Below are positions 38,383-50,807 of a stretch of DNA of 64,000 bases, piece after piece (within the stretch, counting starts at the first letter, position 1; each line of letters begins with the position of its first letter). The translations under genes were made by a program, and so were the position numbers. The notes below the pieces were generated by a model, which saw nothing but the letters and a program-made list of their open reading frames with translations, searched no databases and had not been told where the DNA came from. The stretch is from the human T2T-CHM13v2.0 reference genome, Homo sapiens: NCBI RefSeq assembly GCF_009914755.1, contig NC_060926.1; one strand, written 5' to 3'.

Positions 38383-38463
38383 ATGCAGGAATGGTGCAGT
38401 CTCTGGTGTTGTGATAAAGTCTATGGAAGTGTTTGCTGCACTTTGGACTAAAATAAAGAGGGC
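38383..38463 (-). CDS. ALKAL2: ALKAL2 coding exon ([27 protein letters not shown])
   Basis: 81 nt, with ttccAG acceptor and GTAAG donor. Conserved FAM150/augmentor core (Cys111, Cys125). Confidence 0.97.
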
Positions 38464-38549
38464 CTGGAACACGGAAGAAGAAACAGATCATGAAGACTCA
38501 CAGGTGAAAAGGAGCTCTGGGAGACGTGAGGAACGAGGAGAAAACTTAC

Positions 38550-38603
38550 CTGTAAGGTGTTTTAGAAACTTGTCCTTCATCCTCAGATCTCGAGGAACAA
38601 TTT
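38550..38603 (-). CDS. ALKAL2: ALKAL2 coding exon (EIVPRDLRMKDKFLKHLT)
   Basis: 54 nt, with acAG acceptor and CAG|GTAAG donor, followed by an 86-nt intron. Confidence 0.97.
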
Positions 38604-39839
38604 CTGTTTCAGGGAAAAGAAAGTATTATATTACCTGAAGGACGCATTTTTTAAAAATGTGATCTTAAGTGAATGTTGAAGAAAATTGGAGCTCCATATT
38701 AGCCAAGTTGCTTTGCACAAAATAAAAAAGACTGGGGCCCTGGATTGCAACACACGACAGTGAAGAAGACTCAATATCAGGGACATTTATTTTCCTTGAA
38801 ATAACAGTAACTGCTCCTGAAGCTCCAGGATTATGTCGGCTGTCTACCCCGTGGGATGCAGACAGAGACCACGAAGTTACAGAGGTAAGAAAACTGTTTT
38901 TTTTTTCTTTTAAACATTTAACTTCCAGTGAATAAGTCACTTTTAGGCACTTTAGTTTTAAGGACCTTGGGAATCAAATCCCACAACATTTCAAAGTTTT
39001 TAGAGAAAACCTGACCCTTCAAACAAAAAAATGGGTTACAGAACATTACTTTATCTAGATACATATTTAGAATAAGGATTAAAAGACCACGTTTCAGTGA
39101 GGTGTAAATTAGTGGGAATATGCATGAACCTGGTTTGTAGGGTAAGAATCCCAGGGAAAGACTCTGCCAAGCAAACTTCTTCCACCAGGGTTCTCCGCAC
39201 ACAGTGGGTGGGGAGAACCCTGCAAGGGCGTTCTTCTTGAGTTCAGCTTTGTTTTTGCGTATTTACAGCCCTCTCCATCTTCACTCCCCCGTTCAGGGCT
39301 CCTGGCTGAGCCCCGACTGTGTGTGAAGTCACGCCCTCTGAAGAGGAGCATTCGCATCCACAGCTGACCCCCTAGTGAGTCTTCATTCACTCCTAACTTG
39401 ACGCAGCCGGGATAAAACTGACCTTATCATGTTTGACCTGATTGTGTCACAAAAGCATTAGACGCTTTCATGCTTTCCTGGGAAATTCCCCGTGGGCCAC
39501 CACTCTGGGCAGGGCCATGAAGGAGCCTGGATGCTTCCTTTTCAGTTGGGAAAGCTTTGCTGGAAATGCTTCCATTTCCAAAGTGACGGTTGACAGTTTA
39601 GTGTGGAAACCACCGACCCGCGCCGCAGCTCACGCGCGCCAGAAGGAGACCAGGCGCTTCTCCGCCAGGCCTCATGCGCGGACCTATTGCTGCTATTTTC
39701 TTTTTCTTAAAAAAAAAAAAAAAAAAAGGAATCCTGCTGTTCAGTGGTCAAAATTGATGTCTCTTTTTGAAACGTGTTTCTCAAAGACAATTCTATTTCC
39801 CAGCAGCCCCGGCCCTCGGGCGCGCTCGGCCCCACTCAC

Positions 39840-40092
39840 CCACTCGCTGCTCCGGCGAAGGCCCCAGCCCCGCCGCCTCCGCGCGGCCCAGGGCGCAGTC
39901 CCGCCCGAGGAGCTGCAGGCCCTTGTGCTCCGCCGAGTGGTGCTTCCGCAGCTCCTGGACGAGTTCCACCACCAGCCGCAGCAGCGCCTGTCCGTCCGCC
40001 GGCTCCCGGGGCTCCGCGCCCCCCCGGCCGCGCCCCGCCGCCCCCAGCACCAGCAGCAGCCCCAGGAGGAGGGGGTGCCCGGGTCCGCGCAT
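39840..40092 (-). CDS. ALKAL2: ALKAL2 first coding exon (signal peptide MRGPGHPLLLGLLLVLGAAG..., Cys66, ...EQRV)
   Basis: ORF 39793..40092(-) gives a hydrophobic signal peptide; donor G|GTGAGT at 39839. The exon probably starts at 40149 (ctctcgcAG acceptor). Confidence 0.96.
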
Positions 40093-40269
40093 CGTGCGCT
40101 CGGGGCCGCGGGGCTGGGAGACTCCGACACGCGCCGAGAGCTGGGCTCGCTGCGAGAGAAGGGGCGCGGGGGGCCGGAGAGAAAGTCAGCGGGGGAGGGG
40201 GACGGAGCGCGGGGCGGGGGAGGGGAGGGGAGGCGGGAGGAGCCGCTGGCGCTGGACCCGGCCCCTCAC

Positions 40270-40350
40270 CTCCGCGGACCCCGAGGAACAAGCCGGCAGG
40301 TGAGGGAGCCGCGGTCTCCTCGACGATCACGCCCGAGGTCCCGCCCACGG
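40270..40350 (-). other. ALKAL2: Probable non-coding ALKAL2 exon 1 (5' boundary uncertain)
   Basis: Donor GAG|GTGAGG at 40269 pairs with the acceptor at 40151-40150, giving a 120-nt intron with a pyrimidine tract on the - strand. Confidence 0.65.
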
Positions 40351-43299
40351 GGAGCGACCGCCGCTGGTGCGGAAAGGAGCCCCCGGAACCCGCCCGCCCG
40401 CCAGCCCGGCCCCTCCTAACTTTCGCCCGAAAGGCCGCGTCCGCCGAGCGCGCTGCGCCTGGCGCGGGCGCAACTTTCTTTCCCCTTTGGAAGCCGCGGG
40501 TGCCAGGCAGCTCCCCGGCCGCGGGCGGACCTCGGAGGGGCCGCGCTCCCGCGCCTACCGCTCTCCAAGAAGGCGGCGCCGCGCGCCGGGCCCGGCGGCC
40601 GCGCTCAAGTTTCCAGCGTCGCCTTTGCGCGGTGGTCGCCGGCGAGCGCCGAGTCCCCGAAGCCCACGGAGGAGGCCGGGTGCGGACCCTCGCGCTGGCC
40701 CCGGCCGCGCCACGTGCTGGAAGCCCCTCCACCTCCCGGCCATGGCGCCCTCCCGCACCTGCCCGGCGCCACCCGGGAGCCACCTGCGCGTCGTGGCCGG
40801 GCCGGTTACCTGGAGCCGCCGGAGTCGTCGCCGTCTGTGCGCACGTCTGTCCCCGCGCCCCGAGCTGCGCCACTACTCCATGCCCGGCGGGCGGAGCGCA
40901 CGGGACGCGGGGACTCGGCCGCTCCGAGCGCTGGACCCACGGCCGACCTGGGGTGCGCCGGCTCCGAGTCCCGCCTCAGACCTCGGGGAGCTTCTTATCC
41001 CCGCGCCCGCCGACGTCAGGCGGGTCCCCAAGGGCTCCGAGCGGGGCTTTAATTAGAAGCCGCTGAAGTGTTAGTACCCCCATGCGGATCTTCGTCAGTC
41101 CCCCCGCCTCACCTCGCTCTCGCCTCCCCCCGTCTCCCGCTCCCCCTCAACTCCGCCCCCGCCCCCGCCCGGTCCCCCCACCCGCATCTCCACCGCGTCT
41201 CCCCCTCGCCCGCGCCCCGTCTCCCGCGCCCCTTCCCTCCCCACCTTCCCCATCTCCCGTCTCCTCCTCTCCTGCCCCACCTTCCCCCACTCCCCGTCTC
41301 CTCCTCTTCCCCCTGTTCTCCTCCCCCCGCCCCTCCCCCAGTCTGTTTCCCTCCGTTCCTGTCACTTGTGACAGGATGAGAAGAAACGCCTTTACCAGGA
41401 ACTCGGTTCTGTTTTTGTCTAAATGTAGATCTTGGGCTATTAAAAAGGGAGCTGCCTGATTGCTTCGACATTTAATAAGTCAATTAGAGTCCATCCGTTT
41501 TGGAGGGATCCGCTCTCGGGACCTCGAGGGGTCTGCCCCGCCCGAGCCCAGTCCCCAGGTTCGGGTCCCCAAGCCCTGGTCCCCGAGGCGGGGCGGCCAG
41601 GAGGCAGGAGATGGGCGGGTGAGGACTCTCCACGGCCCCCGAGGTGCGCACAGCTGACCACCCGAGGAGGGGCAGGACCTGCACCCCCTCCCCAGACCCC
41701 CTGCGAGAGGACGAGCGAAGGTCCCTCCCCGGCAAGGACCGCGCCATCTGCGCGCTCCTCTGCGCTGGACCCTCGGCCCGCGGGTCCCTCGCGCCCCGGC
41801 AGGGAACGCCCGCAGGAGGGCACTTGCCTCCCGGACTCGTCTTTAAGAAAGTTTGGCTCTTTGGCCGAAGCCCGGCACATCTGTGAAAGTTCAGCAATTT
41901 GCCTCTTTTATTTTATTCTTGTAAAATGTATTATCAATCAGTTGCGCACTTTCCCATTCGATTGGTGCTTTCTGGGCAAGAGCTGGACGTCTTCCAAGTC
42001 CGCGATCTGTTTGGGAAAGGTGTTCTGAGTGCAATCAGAGAGGCGGAGTGGGCGAGAATTAAAGGCCTGCACCATGATCGGGGCAGTCGCAGGACCGCGG
42101 CGGGAAGGTGCTGGCCCAGGCGCACGTGAGCGCGGGCGGTGCGGGCGGAAGGCTCCGCGCCCCGATCCCCCAGCTCCCGGAGAGGCCCCGTCTGCGCCCG
42201 TCCCCGCGTCCTTTCTCTCTTCCTGCACGGGGTCTGTCTCCTCAGGAGGAGAAAGTGTCCGGCAGAGCTGGGCGGGGAGGCAGCGTGGAGAGAGAAGATA
42301 TGAAATGTGCCGGTTCCGGACCCCGCCCCACGCCCTTGGGATCTGCGTTCTCTCCGCTCCCTTGAAAAACAGATGGTTTGATTTCACAGCGAGGCTTTTC
42401 TTTTTCTTTTTGCAAGCTACATGACTGAAATGTGAACATTTCTGCTAAAATACACTCAGGAAAAAGTAAAATTTTATGTCAAACAGACCTTAGGCACATA
42501 AAAGGAGGCATTTTTCGTTTCTCTCTTTCCCCTTCCCATGTCCAAGAAGACACTTGAGTTCCACGGGCAAGAGCGACGCCTGGCGATGGAACCGGCCCTC
42601 CCCGGCCCTGCTCCCGGTCCTGCTTGCCGGGCCCACCTCGCAGCTGGTGGACACCGCAGTTCCCAGAAAAATAGAACCATGAGAAGATTTTACTGTTGTA
42701 AAATAGCTTGGTGTAAGACAGTTTTTCAAAAAAATCTTTGTATGGTAAAAAGAAGAAAACACATTTCACGTATTATTTTAAATTTACATAGACCTATTAG
42801 AATAGTATTTTATAAAATCAAAAGCTAAATTTCTTCTATAAAATGCTAGTAGGATCTATTTCCCCCAACACACACAAATTCTACCTACCGAGGAAGCCTT
42901 GCTAGTAATTAATATTATGTCTTTTCTTTTGCAGTTTTTAATGGGACAAATGGATTCCTTGAATGAGCCCTTTCTACCATCCAAGTGTGGGCCAAGACTT
43001 CCGCCCAGGTTAGTAGAGGTTTGGTGGATAATCAACAGCAACAGAGCTGATGCTTGGTTGGTCTTTGGATTAATGAGATCTTACAATTAAGAGTCAGACA
43101 ATTTATGTGTTCATTTATTTTTACAAAGTTCTCTGCCAAAATTATCTAGGTGCTGCTCATTTTATATTATAGAAACAATTTTTACAGACTAACAAACTTA
43201 GAGTGTACCACCGATTTGTTAATCTTTATTGAATTTTTAAGTTAATGGTATTGTCAAGACGAACCCCTTGGAGTTCTCCAGTCATCAGAAATAGGTGTG

Positions 43300-43510
43300 C
43301 AGTCATCCCTTGGTATAGCGTGGGACTGGTTCCAGCAGATACCGAAATCCAGGCACATTCACGTCTCACAGTGGGGCCTGTGGAACACGCAAATACGGAA
43401 AGTTGCCCTCCCTCTGTGTGCGTTTCGCATCCTCCAGCTGCTGTGTTTTCGACCCACGTTTGAAAAAAAATATGTAAGTGGACCCCTTCAAACCCGTGCT
43501 TTTCAAGCAG
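43300..43510 (-). mobile_element. MER8 fossil
   Basis: Reverse-complement similarity to the element at 23488 and to the recalled MER8 consensus. Confidence 0.65.
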
Positions 43511-45706
43511 GAAGCCAAAAAGAAAAGAGATAAAATTAGCAACAAACTATATTCTAGAATTACTGGAAAAATTTTTTTCTAGATTTGATTTAGTTTGGTT
43601 ATCTTTTTGAGAAAACTGTGTTGGATCATAGGAAGAAAACCGAGCAGAGGAAAAAAACCTGTATTTAATCTACCCTAACAGTACTATATATAGGTCCTGA
43701 GATGGGTGAGTTGATTTTTTCAATTCATAAACAGGTTAAAGTTCTGATGTTTTGACTGCAATCATTTTTTTTCTTCATCCAGAGGGTACGTATTTAATTT
43801 TAGATGAATATTAGCTGCCCTCAAAGACTTCTAAAATACCTGTGTTAACCACATGCTTTAAAATGAATTGTTATATTTTTCAATCATTATGGCAATCATT
43901 TAACAATCTAACGAAGTTTGTATTGTAGAAAAAAATCACCTTTCATAAAGGATAACATCATGTACTATAAACAAATATTGCTTACTGTTTAATATTTACC
44001 AATTCTGTTTTTTTAAGCTATCAAAATGCTATTAGTGTGCTAGGCACGTACTAGACAGTGTTTAAAGCATTTAGGAAGACAAGCTTTCTAACAGGATTAA
44101 TTTTCCTAGTATAAATGTAATAAATATAGACTCTTACAAGTGATAATGTATGCATGATATCTGCAGCTTATTCTAGATCAATGAAGTACAGCATTCTATG
44201 TAACACTTCTCCCCTTCTAGGGAGGAAGAAGATGATTCCAAAAACATGGTCATCCACCCCTTCCCATTCTTCAACACTGCTTTTGCATCTGCAGATGCAC
44301 ACGGCTATGCATGTTCAGGAGAGAAATTAGGTGAAAGTTGTATTTAAAGGGTTGGGATAAGATAGCATGGCTGATTTACTTTTTTAAAAAATTTATTGTT
44401 CCAGGCCAAGATAAAGAGGACTTTTCATGGGGAAAGGCTTAAAGGAAGTATGGACTTTACGTTGTTCCTTCAAACTGGATTTTAGTTATAAATTCTGAAA
44501 CCACTGTGATGCTTACTTGCCATTTGGAGGCACCAATCTGACATCTTTTGATGGAAGTAGTAAGAATAAATTTGAAAGAACACACCAATCATCAACATAT
44601 CAGAAAAATATTATCCATGACAATATTTCAACAAAATATAGTCATAGATGCTGAGTAACAACACCAATATATCTGCATTCCATCTGTTTTCTGCAGGAAA
44701 TCAGATATCCTGATCAGAAGTGACACACACAATGATCTAGGTTCATCACAGAGACATCCAAAGTGTCATAAAGGCACCACCTACCAAAGTGGGTTGTTGT
44801 TTGTTTCTAGGATAAGCTAAGCACAGTGATGGGGATGCCTCCTGGATAGAGGGAACTGCATATGCAAACTTCCAAGGAGGAGGCCCCAGAACCTCTTGGA
44901 TCTGCTGGGAAGACTGGGCTGTAGGAAGAGGGTGGGAGGAACAGATGGAGAGTCACCTCACCTGAACTCCACTTTCTTTCAAGAATGCAGCATAGCGGAC
45001 TGCAAAGGATGTGGGCTTCAAAGCCACAGAAATGGGCTCAGGTTCTGATTCCTGCTCACATCTGTGTGAACCTGGGCAAGACAACTTCTTTGAGCCCAGT
45101 TTTTTCATGTCGGAAATGACAGGAGTACGTACAACCTCAGAGGTTTTATAAACATTAAATAAGATAAAGTATGTTAACTTTTTAGTATAGTTTAAATTTC
45201 TTTTAACTGACCAATTATTGCTATTACTGCCTTTCAGAGTGTCTGCTGTCATAATGGCCTCTTTTTTCCTGTATTTTATCCCTTACAATATGGCATGAAA
45301 GAGAGCATTATCCAATCCTAGAGAATGTCTGGGGCATCAGAATTTGGTGACTTGTTCACAGCTGCATAGAAAATCTATAGTTAGAAGTGGACTGAAATAT
45401 CCTGAATTAGTAAGTTTCCATGTGACCAGCACTCAGAACAGTGGGTGAGGGCTCAGTCCAGTGGAGTAGGATTCAGACCTGTGGGTGAGGGCCCCTGCTG
45501 CTGCCCCAGGCCCAGTGCCTGTGCTGTTAGGATGGTATATAAGTGTGGTTGGCTAGGATATACTAGGGCTATGAATTCATAAGAACAGTCTATATTTTGC
45601 TCACCTGACCCTTCCTTAAAACCGTGGGGACATTTCAAGACTGCTGTCTCTGATATTTTTGCCACTATTATAATGCAGTCCATTAGGCAAAGAGTGCTTG
45701 AGACAC

Positions 45707-46720
45707 TGTCTTAGTCCATGTGTGCTCCTAGAACAATATATCATACACAGGTAGTTTATAAACAACAGGAACATATTCCTCACAGTTCTGGAGGCTGGCA
45801 GTCCAATATCAAGGCAGGCTGGGTGTTTGATGAAGCTCCCCTTCCTCGTAGATGGCGCTTTCTCTCTTGAGTCCTCACAGGGGCCCACCTTCCTCACAGA
45901 TGGCGCTTTCTCACTGAGTCCTCACGTGGGGCCCGCCTTCCTCATAGATGGCGCTTTCTCACTGAGTCCTCACACGAGGCCCGCCTTCCTCATAGATGGC
46001 GCTTTCTCACTGAGTCCTCACACAAGGCCCCCCTTCCTCATAGATGGCGCTTTCTCACTGAGTCCTCACACGAGGCCCGCCTTCCTCACAGATGGCGCTT
46101 TCTCACTGAGTCCTCACACGAGGCCCGCCTTCCTCACAGATGGCGCTTTCTCACTGAGTCCTCACACGAGGCCCGCCTTCCTCATAGATGGCGCTTTCTC
46201 ACTGAGTCCTCACGTGAGGCCCGCCTTCCTCATAGATGGCGCTTTCTCACTGAGTCCTCACACGAGGCCCACCTTCCTCACAGATGGCGCTTTCTCACTG
46301 AGTCCTCACGTGGGGCCCGCCTTCCTCATAGATGGCGCTTTCTCACTGAGTCCTCACACAAGGCCCGCCTTCCTCATAGATGGCGCTTTCTCACTGAGTC
46401 CTCACACGAGGCCCGCCTTCCTCATAGATGGCGCTTTCTCACTGAGTCCTCACACGAGGCCCGCCTTCCTCATAGATGGCGCTTTCTCACTGAGTCCTCA
46501 CACGAGGCCCGCCTTCCTCATAGATGGCACTTTCTCACTGAGTCCTCACGTGGTGGAGGGTGCAAGGGGACTCTCTGGGGTCCCTTTTCTAAGGACAATA
46601 ATCACATTCATGAGGCTCCATCCTCAGGACCCCATCACCTCCCAAAGGCCCCACCTCCTGACACCATCACTCTTGGGATCAGGTTTCGGCACAAGCACTT
46701 TGGAGAGACACAGACGCTGA
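45707..46720 (-). mobile_element. MaLR LTR (MLT1A/MST-like) expanded by an internal VNTR
   Basis: TGTCTTAGTCC...CTCACAGTTCTGGAGGCTGG on the left and ATCACCTCCCAAAGGCCCCACCTCC on the right are typical MaLR LTR segments. Confidence 0.8.
45838..46552. repeat. 48-bp minisatellite, ~15 copies (CCTTCCTCATAGATGGCGCTTTCTCACTGAGTCCTCACACGAGGCCCG)
   Basis: Directly visible; 15 repeats of a 16-aa unit in ORF 45827..46720. Confidence 0.98.
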
Positions 46721-46786
46721 GACCACAGCAGACAGGCAGCACCAGTGTAAGGCAGACCAGTTACTGGCCCCGGGAGAAACGGGAGG

Positions 46787-47015
46787 CAGGGGTGCCCAAC
46801 CGTTTGGCTTCCCTGGGCCACACTGGAAGAAGAAAGAAGAAAAATTGTCTTGAGCCACATGTAAAATACACTAACACTAACAATAGCTGATAAGCTATAA
46901 AAAAAAATCACCAAAGAAATATCATGTTTTAAGAAAGTTTGCAAATTCCTGTTGGGCACATTCAAAGCTGTCCTGGGCTGCATGTGACCCATGGGCCATG
47001 GGTTGGACATGCTTG
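46787..47015 (+). mobile_element. MER30 hAT fossil
   Basis: CAGGGGTGCCCAACC...GGTTGGACATGCTTG inverted termini and an internal match to recalled MER30. Confidence 0.85.
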
Positions 47016-48457
47016 GAAATGGACGTCAAACAGAAACAGTCTGCACCTCCAGGAAGGAAGGGAGAATTTGTGCTGAGAACTTTTGATTTGCTCACACATC
47101 CCATAGCCATTGCTTGAGTCCTCGGGTGCTCAGGGACAGAGGGGAGAAATTCTGTCCACAAGAAACCTGCATTGTTTGGTGTAGTGTGTCCCGTGTGTCG
47201 TGTGCTCCTGGAGTCTGGACGGAGTGTAGGGTGTGGGGCCACTCCCTTGAGGCTGGTTTATGGATGAAAGGGGCAGGGAATGCACATGTAAAGAAGCCAA
47301 GGTGCCGGGTCACAGTGCGCTTGGAATGTGTGAGGGTCCCTTCTGCAACAGAGTGTAGGAGAGAGAAGGGGACAAGAGGCTGTTCTCAATGCCACTCTCA
47401 GTACTCTGAACTTCATCCTGCAGGCAGTGGTAAATGATTGACAAGCCTTGAGCAGGGACCAACATCATCAGATCTGTGTTTTATGGAGGTAGCTATGGAT
47501 GATGGACCAAAAGGGTTTGGGGCCGTAGGCAGACAGACCAGTCCTGCCTCCTTCTGCCCACCCTCCCCCATGGGCAGACAGGCGAGCAGGGGGCTTTCTG
47601 ACCCTCCCTCCTTCCGTCAGATGCTGTCACTAAGTAGAGAGATGCGAAGTGTCCCCCGTGTCCAGCACTGCACCAGGTGTTGCAGGTGTGACAGTCCCTC
47701 CTGCATGGTTCACTTGCTGCAGAAGGTAAACACCAGCAAACAGATAACTATATGAAATAGTAGGAAGTTATAAAAAGAGCATGGAAGAAAGAGGGAAGAA
47801 GGAAGAGAGACAAATGCTGAGACAGAGATGAGATGGTGAGGGCGAAGGGGACCTACGTCTGATAAGGTGGTTGTAGAATCATCTCTGAGGACAAGGTATC
47901 AAGGTATTTGAACTGAAACCTCAGCATGGATGCAGCCACATTTATAGTGATGCAGGCGAAAAAAGGAGGAGGCTCAGAACTGGGGCATGGAGATGAGGAT
48001 GGAGAGTAGAGAAAGTCTTGGCTTCCTAAGAAAATCATCTTTTTTAGAAATCACCTGTTTCATCCTGACATTGGCATTCCCAGTATGAACATTTCTGTAA
48101 GAGCATTTAAAAGTCCCATTGAAAACATAGCCGTGATCTTGGGACCATGTGTAGGCTCCAAAATTTAATTCTTTCCTCCATTCAGCAAAAACTGACCATG
48201 TGCCGGCCACATCCTGAGCATAGTTCTAGGAGCAGGCACACATACTGCGGTGAGCAAAGTAAGTTCCTATTACTTGGCTTATTGAAGATGTAACTTTAGC
48301 CTACGTGGACAAAGAAATAGACAATTTCTAAAAACAGATACAATACAAAATGAAGCTTTAAATATGAGCACAACACCCTATTCTGCTTTGACTGGGAGCT
48401 GAGAATGACAGTTGTTAAGCCAGACTTTTTTTATTGCTACACACGTGAACGGGAGGG

Positions 48458-48707
48458 CATCTCAGAGGTGATGCAGTGCTGACAACCAGGTGTGATACCC
48501 TCACATGTACAAGCACTGTGCATTTCAGAGGTGACCTTGTGCTGACAACCAGGTGTGCTGCCCTCACCATGTAAAAGCACTGGGCATCTCGGGGTGACCT
48601 TGTGTTTACAACCAGAGGTACTCTCCTCACTGTGCAGTTAGGCACTGGGCGTCTTAGAGGTGACTCTGTCCTGATAACCAGGTGTACTCTCCTCACTGTG
48701 CACAGGC
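48458..48707. repeat. Diverged ~63-65-bp tandem repeat, 4 copies
   Basis: Recurrent GCATCTCAGAGGTGA...ACAACCAGGTGT...CCTCAC...GCACTG. Confidence 0.85.
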
Positions 48708-49174
48708 TAGGGCTAGACATGGCAGGGACCCAGGTGTGTGCAAGGTGCAGCGTTTGTGCCATGGGGAGGACCTGCAGGTCCATCCACCTCCCTATTCCAG
48801 TCCTCAGAAATGCACTAGGGCACAGTGGCAGTGGGGCAAAAAGCTCTTTGTGTGCTGTGATGTGAACCTCAGGGTGACTCCAAACCTTATCGTGCTCCAC
48901 GTTCTCTTAGGCTGCTGTCAATAAATGTTTGAACAATTTCTCGTAGATGTCTTTGAATATTTCTACGTCTGTACCTCCTCTTTTGGCAATGAGTTCCATA
49001 AGTTTACTGTTCATTACATAAATTACTTTCTTTAATTTGTCCTCAGTATAAATCAGATGTGTTTAAACATGACCCTGAGGTTTTCTCTTTGTCTTTATGT
49101 GCTGGTAGCTGACACCTTCAAAGTGAAGGAGGAGACTTCTGTTTTGTCTCAAAATGAATGCAGGTACTCTTTTG

Positions 49175-50110
49175 TTTTTAATTCTGATAAAACATATGTA
49201 ACATAAAACTCACAATTTTAACCATTTTAAGAGTACAGCCCTGTGGCATTAGGTAAATTCACAATTTTGTACAACCATCATCACCACTGTTCAATTCCAG
49301 AACTTTTCATCATCCTGACCAGAATCTCTGGACCCGTTAAACATTAGCTCATCATTTCTCTCTTCCCCAAAACTCTGGCAAAAGCCATTCTACTTTTTGT
49401 TTCCATGGATTTTTTAAATTGACATGTAATAATTGTATTTATGGGGTACAGTGGGATATATTGGTGCATGTGTACCATGTATAATAATCAAATCACTCCA
49501 ATAAGCATATCCATCATCTCAGTTATCGTTTCTTTGTGTTGACAGCATTTAAAATCCTCTCTTCTGCTGCTTGAAAATATATAGTCAATTACTCACCCTA
49601 TGAGAAGACCAGAACTTCTTCCTTTGTAATTGTAGGTTTGTTCATGTTAACCAAGCTCCCTCTGCCAGCACCCCACTCCCATAACCACTGTTGTATTCAG
49701 CACGTCTGTGAGCTCTTCTTTAGCTTCACATATAAGTGAGACCATGCGGTGTTTTTCTTTTTGTGTCTGTCTTATTTCACTTAGCACGATGTCCTTCAGG
49801 TTCATCCATGTTGTTGCACATGACAGGATTTTCTTCTTTTTAAGGCTGAGTAGTATTCCAGTGTGTATTTAGCCACATTTCCTCTGTATTCACCTGCTGT
49901 TGCTGTCAACTTGGATTGAATCCGCATCGTGGCTATTGTGAATAGTGCTGCAATAATCGCGGGGTGCAAACATCCCTTCCATATTGTGATTTCCCTCCCC
50001 TTTGATAAATATTCAGTAGGAGGATTGTTGGATCATATGGAGGCTCTGTTCTCAGTTTTAGCTTTTTAGTGGCTGTACCAGTTTACACTCCCACCAGTCA
50101 TGTGTAAGAG
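49175..50110 (-). mobile_element. Old L1 (L1M) 3' fragments
   Basis: Typical antisense L1 3'UTR text (TTCATCCATGTTGTTGC...GGCTGAGTAGTATTCCA...GGATCATATGG). Confidence 0.75.
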
Positions 50111-50807
50111 TTAAGGAAAGGCTTTGAGTCAGAGAAGACCAGCCAGGGCAGCTGATTTTGATTCCTACTCCGACACTCATTGTGGCCACAGCCAGTCCCT
50201 GAGGCTCTGGGGTTTTAATCTCCTCATGAGCAAAGTGGGGCTGCTCTCCCTTTCTTTATAGTGTGTAGGTCTTTTTAAAGTATTGAATAAATTAGTAAAT
50301 ATAAACTTTCTCTATAAACTAAGCAGCTGGCTATGTTTTTTTTTCATACTGTTCATAATTTAGTTGACTTTGACCAAATACACTCCTGGTTTTCCTTTAA
50401 GAATCCTATGTCTCGGGGACTGTGTTTATGTGGTAACATTTTGTGTTTTTGTTGTCTTAGAACCTGTCATGGTGAAGTAGCGATTACAACTTCATTCAGA
50501 GTGTCACAATGCATATGCCACCACTCAGGAATTTGGGTCCCATTTAGTTGTCATCTCTGCTTTCACAGAATCTGGGGCCCCCATCAGTAGTGACTCCCAG
50601 GCTGTGCTGCTGAATGGACAGAAATCAATACAATACATCAGATGTAGTTCATGTATTTCTCTCTATATATGTTCAAATGGAAATTCACCTTTCTTTACAG
50701 TTTTGAGGGAGCATTGGCAGTATTTCTGCTGTGCTGACACCATCAACAGGCCTGGCTTTCAGCGGCGCAGTCCCTCCCCCAGCTCGCAGGTTTAAAACTT
50801 CTGTCAT

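Larger units (their letters stand above)
39600..42660. promoter_or_regulatory. CpG island covering the ALKAL2 5' end and upstream region
   Basis: ~3 kb of very high GC/CpG content, with a G-run cluster at 40190-40240 and a C-rich tract at 41095-41345. Confidence 0.9.

Noticed and set aside
39442-41066. 325-, 430-, 345- and 229-aa ORFs over the ALKAL2 island
   Set aside because: Low-complexity Pro/Arg/Gly/Ala translations expected from stop-poor GC-rich DNA; they are antisense or out of frame to the real ALKAL2 exon.
45827-46720. 297-aa ORF of 16-aa repeats (PAFLIDGAFSLSPHTR)n as a novel repeat protein
   Set aside because: The unit length of 48 is a multiple of 3 and one frame lacks stops, so a long ORF is automatic. 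It starts at a non-ATG codon, lies in an LTR, and has no promoter or splice support.
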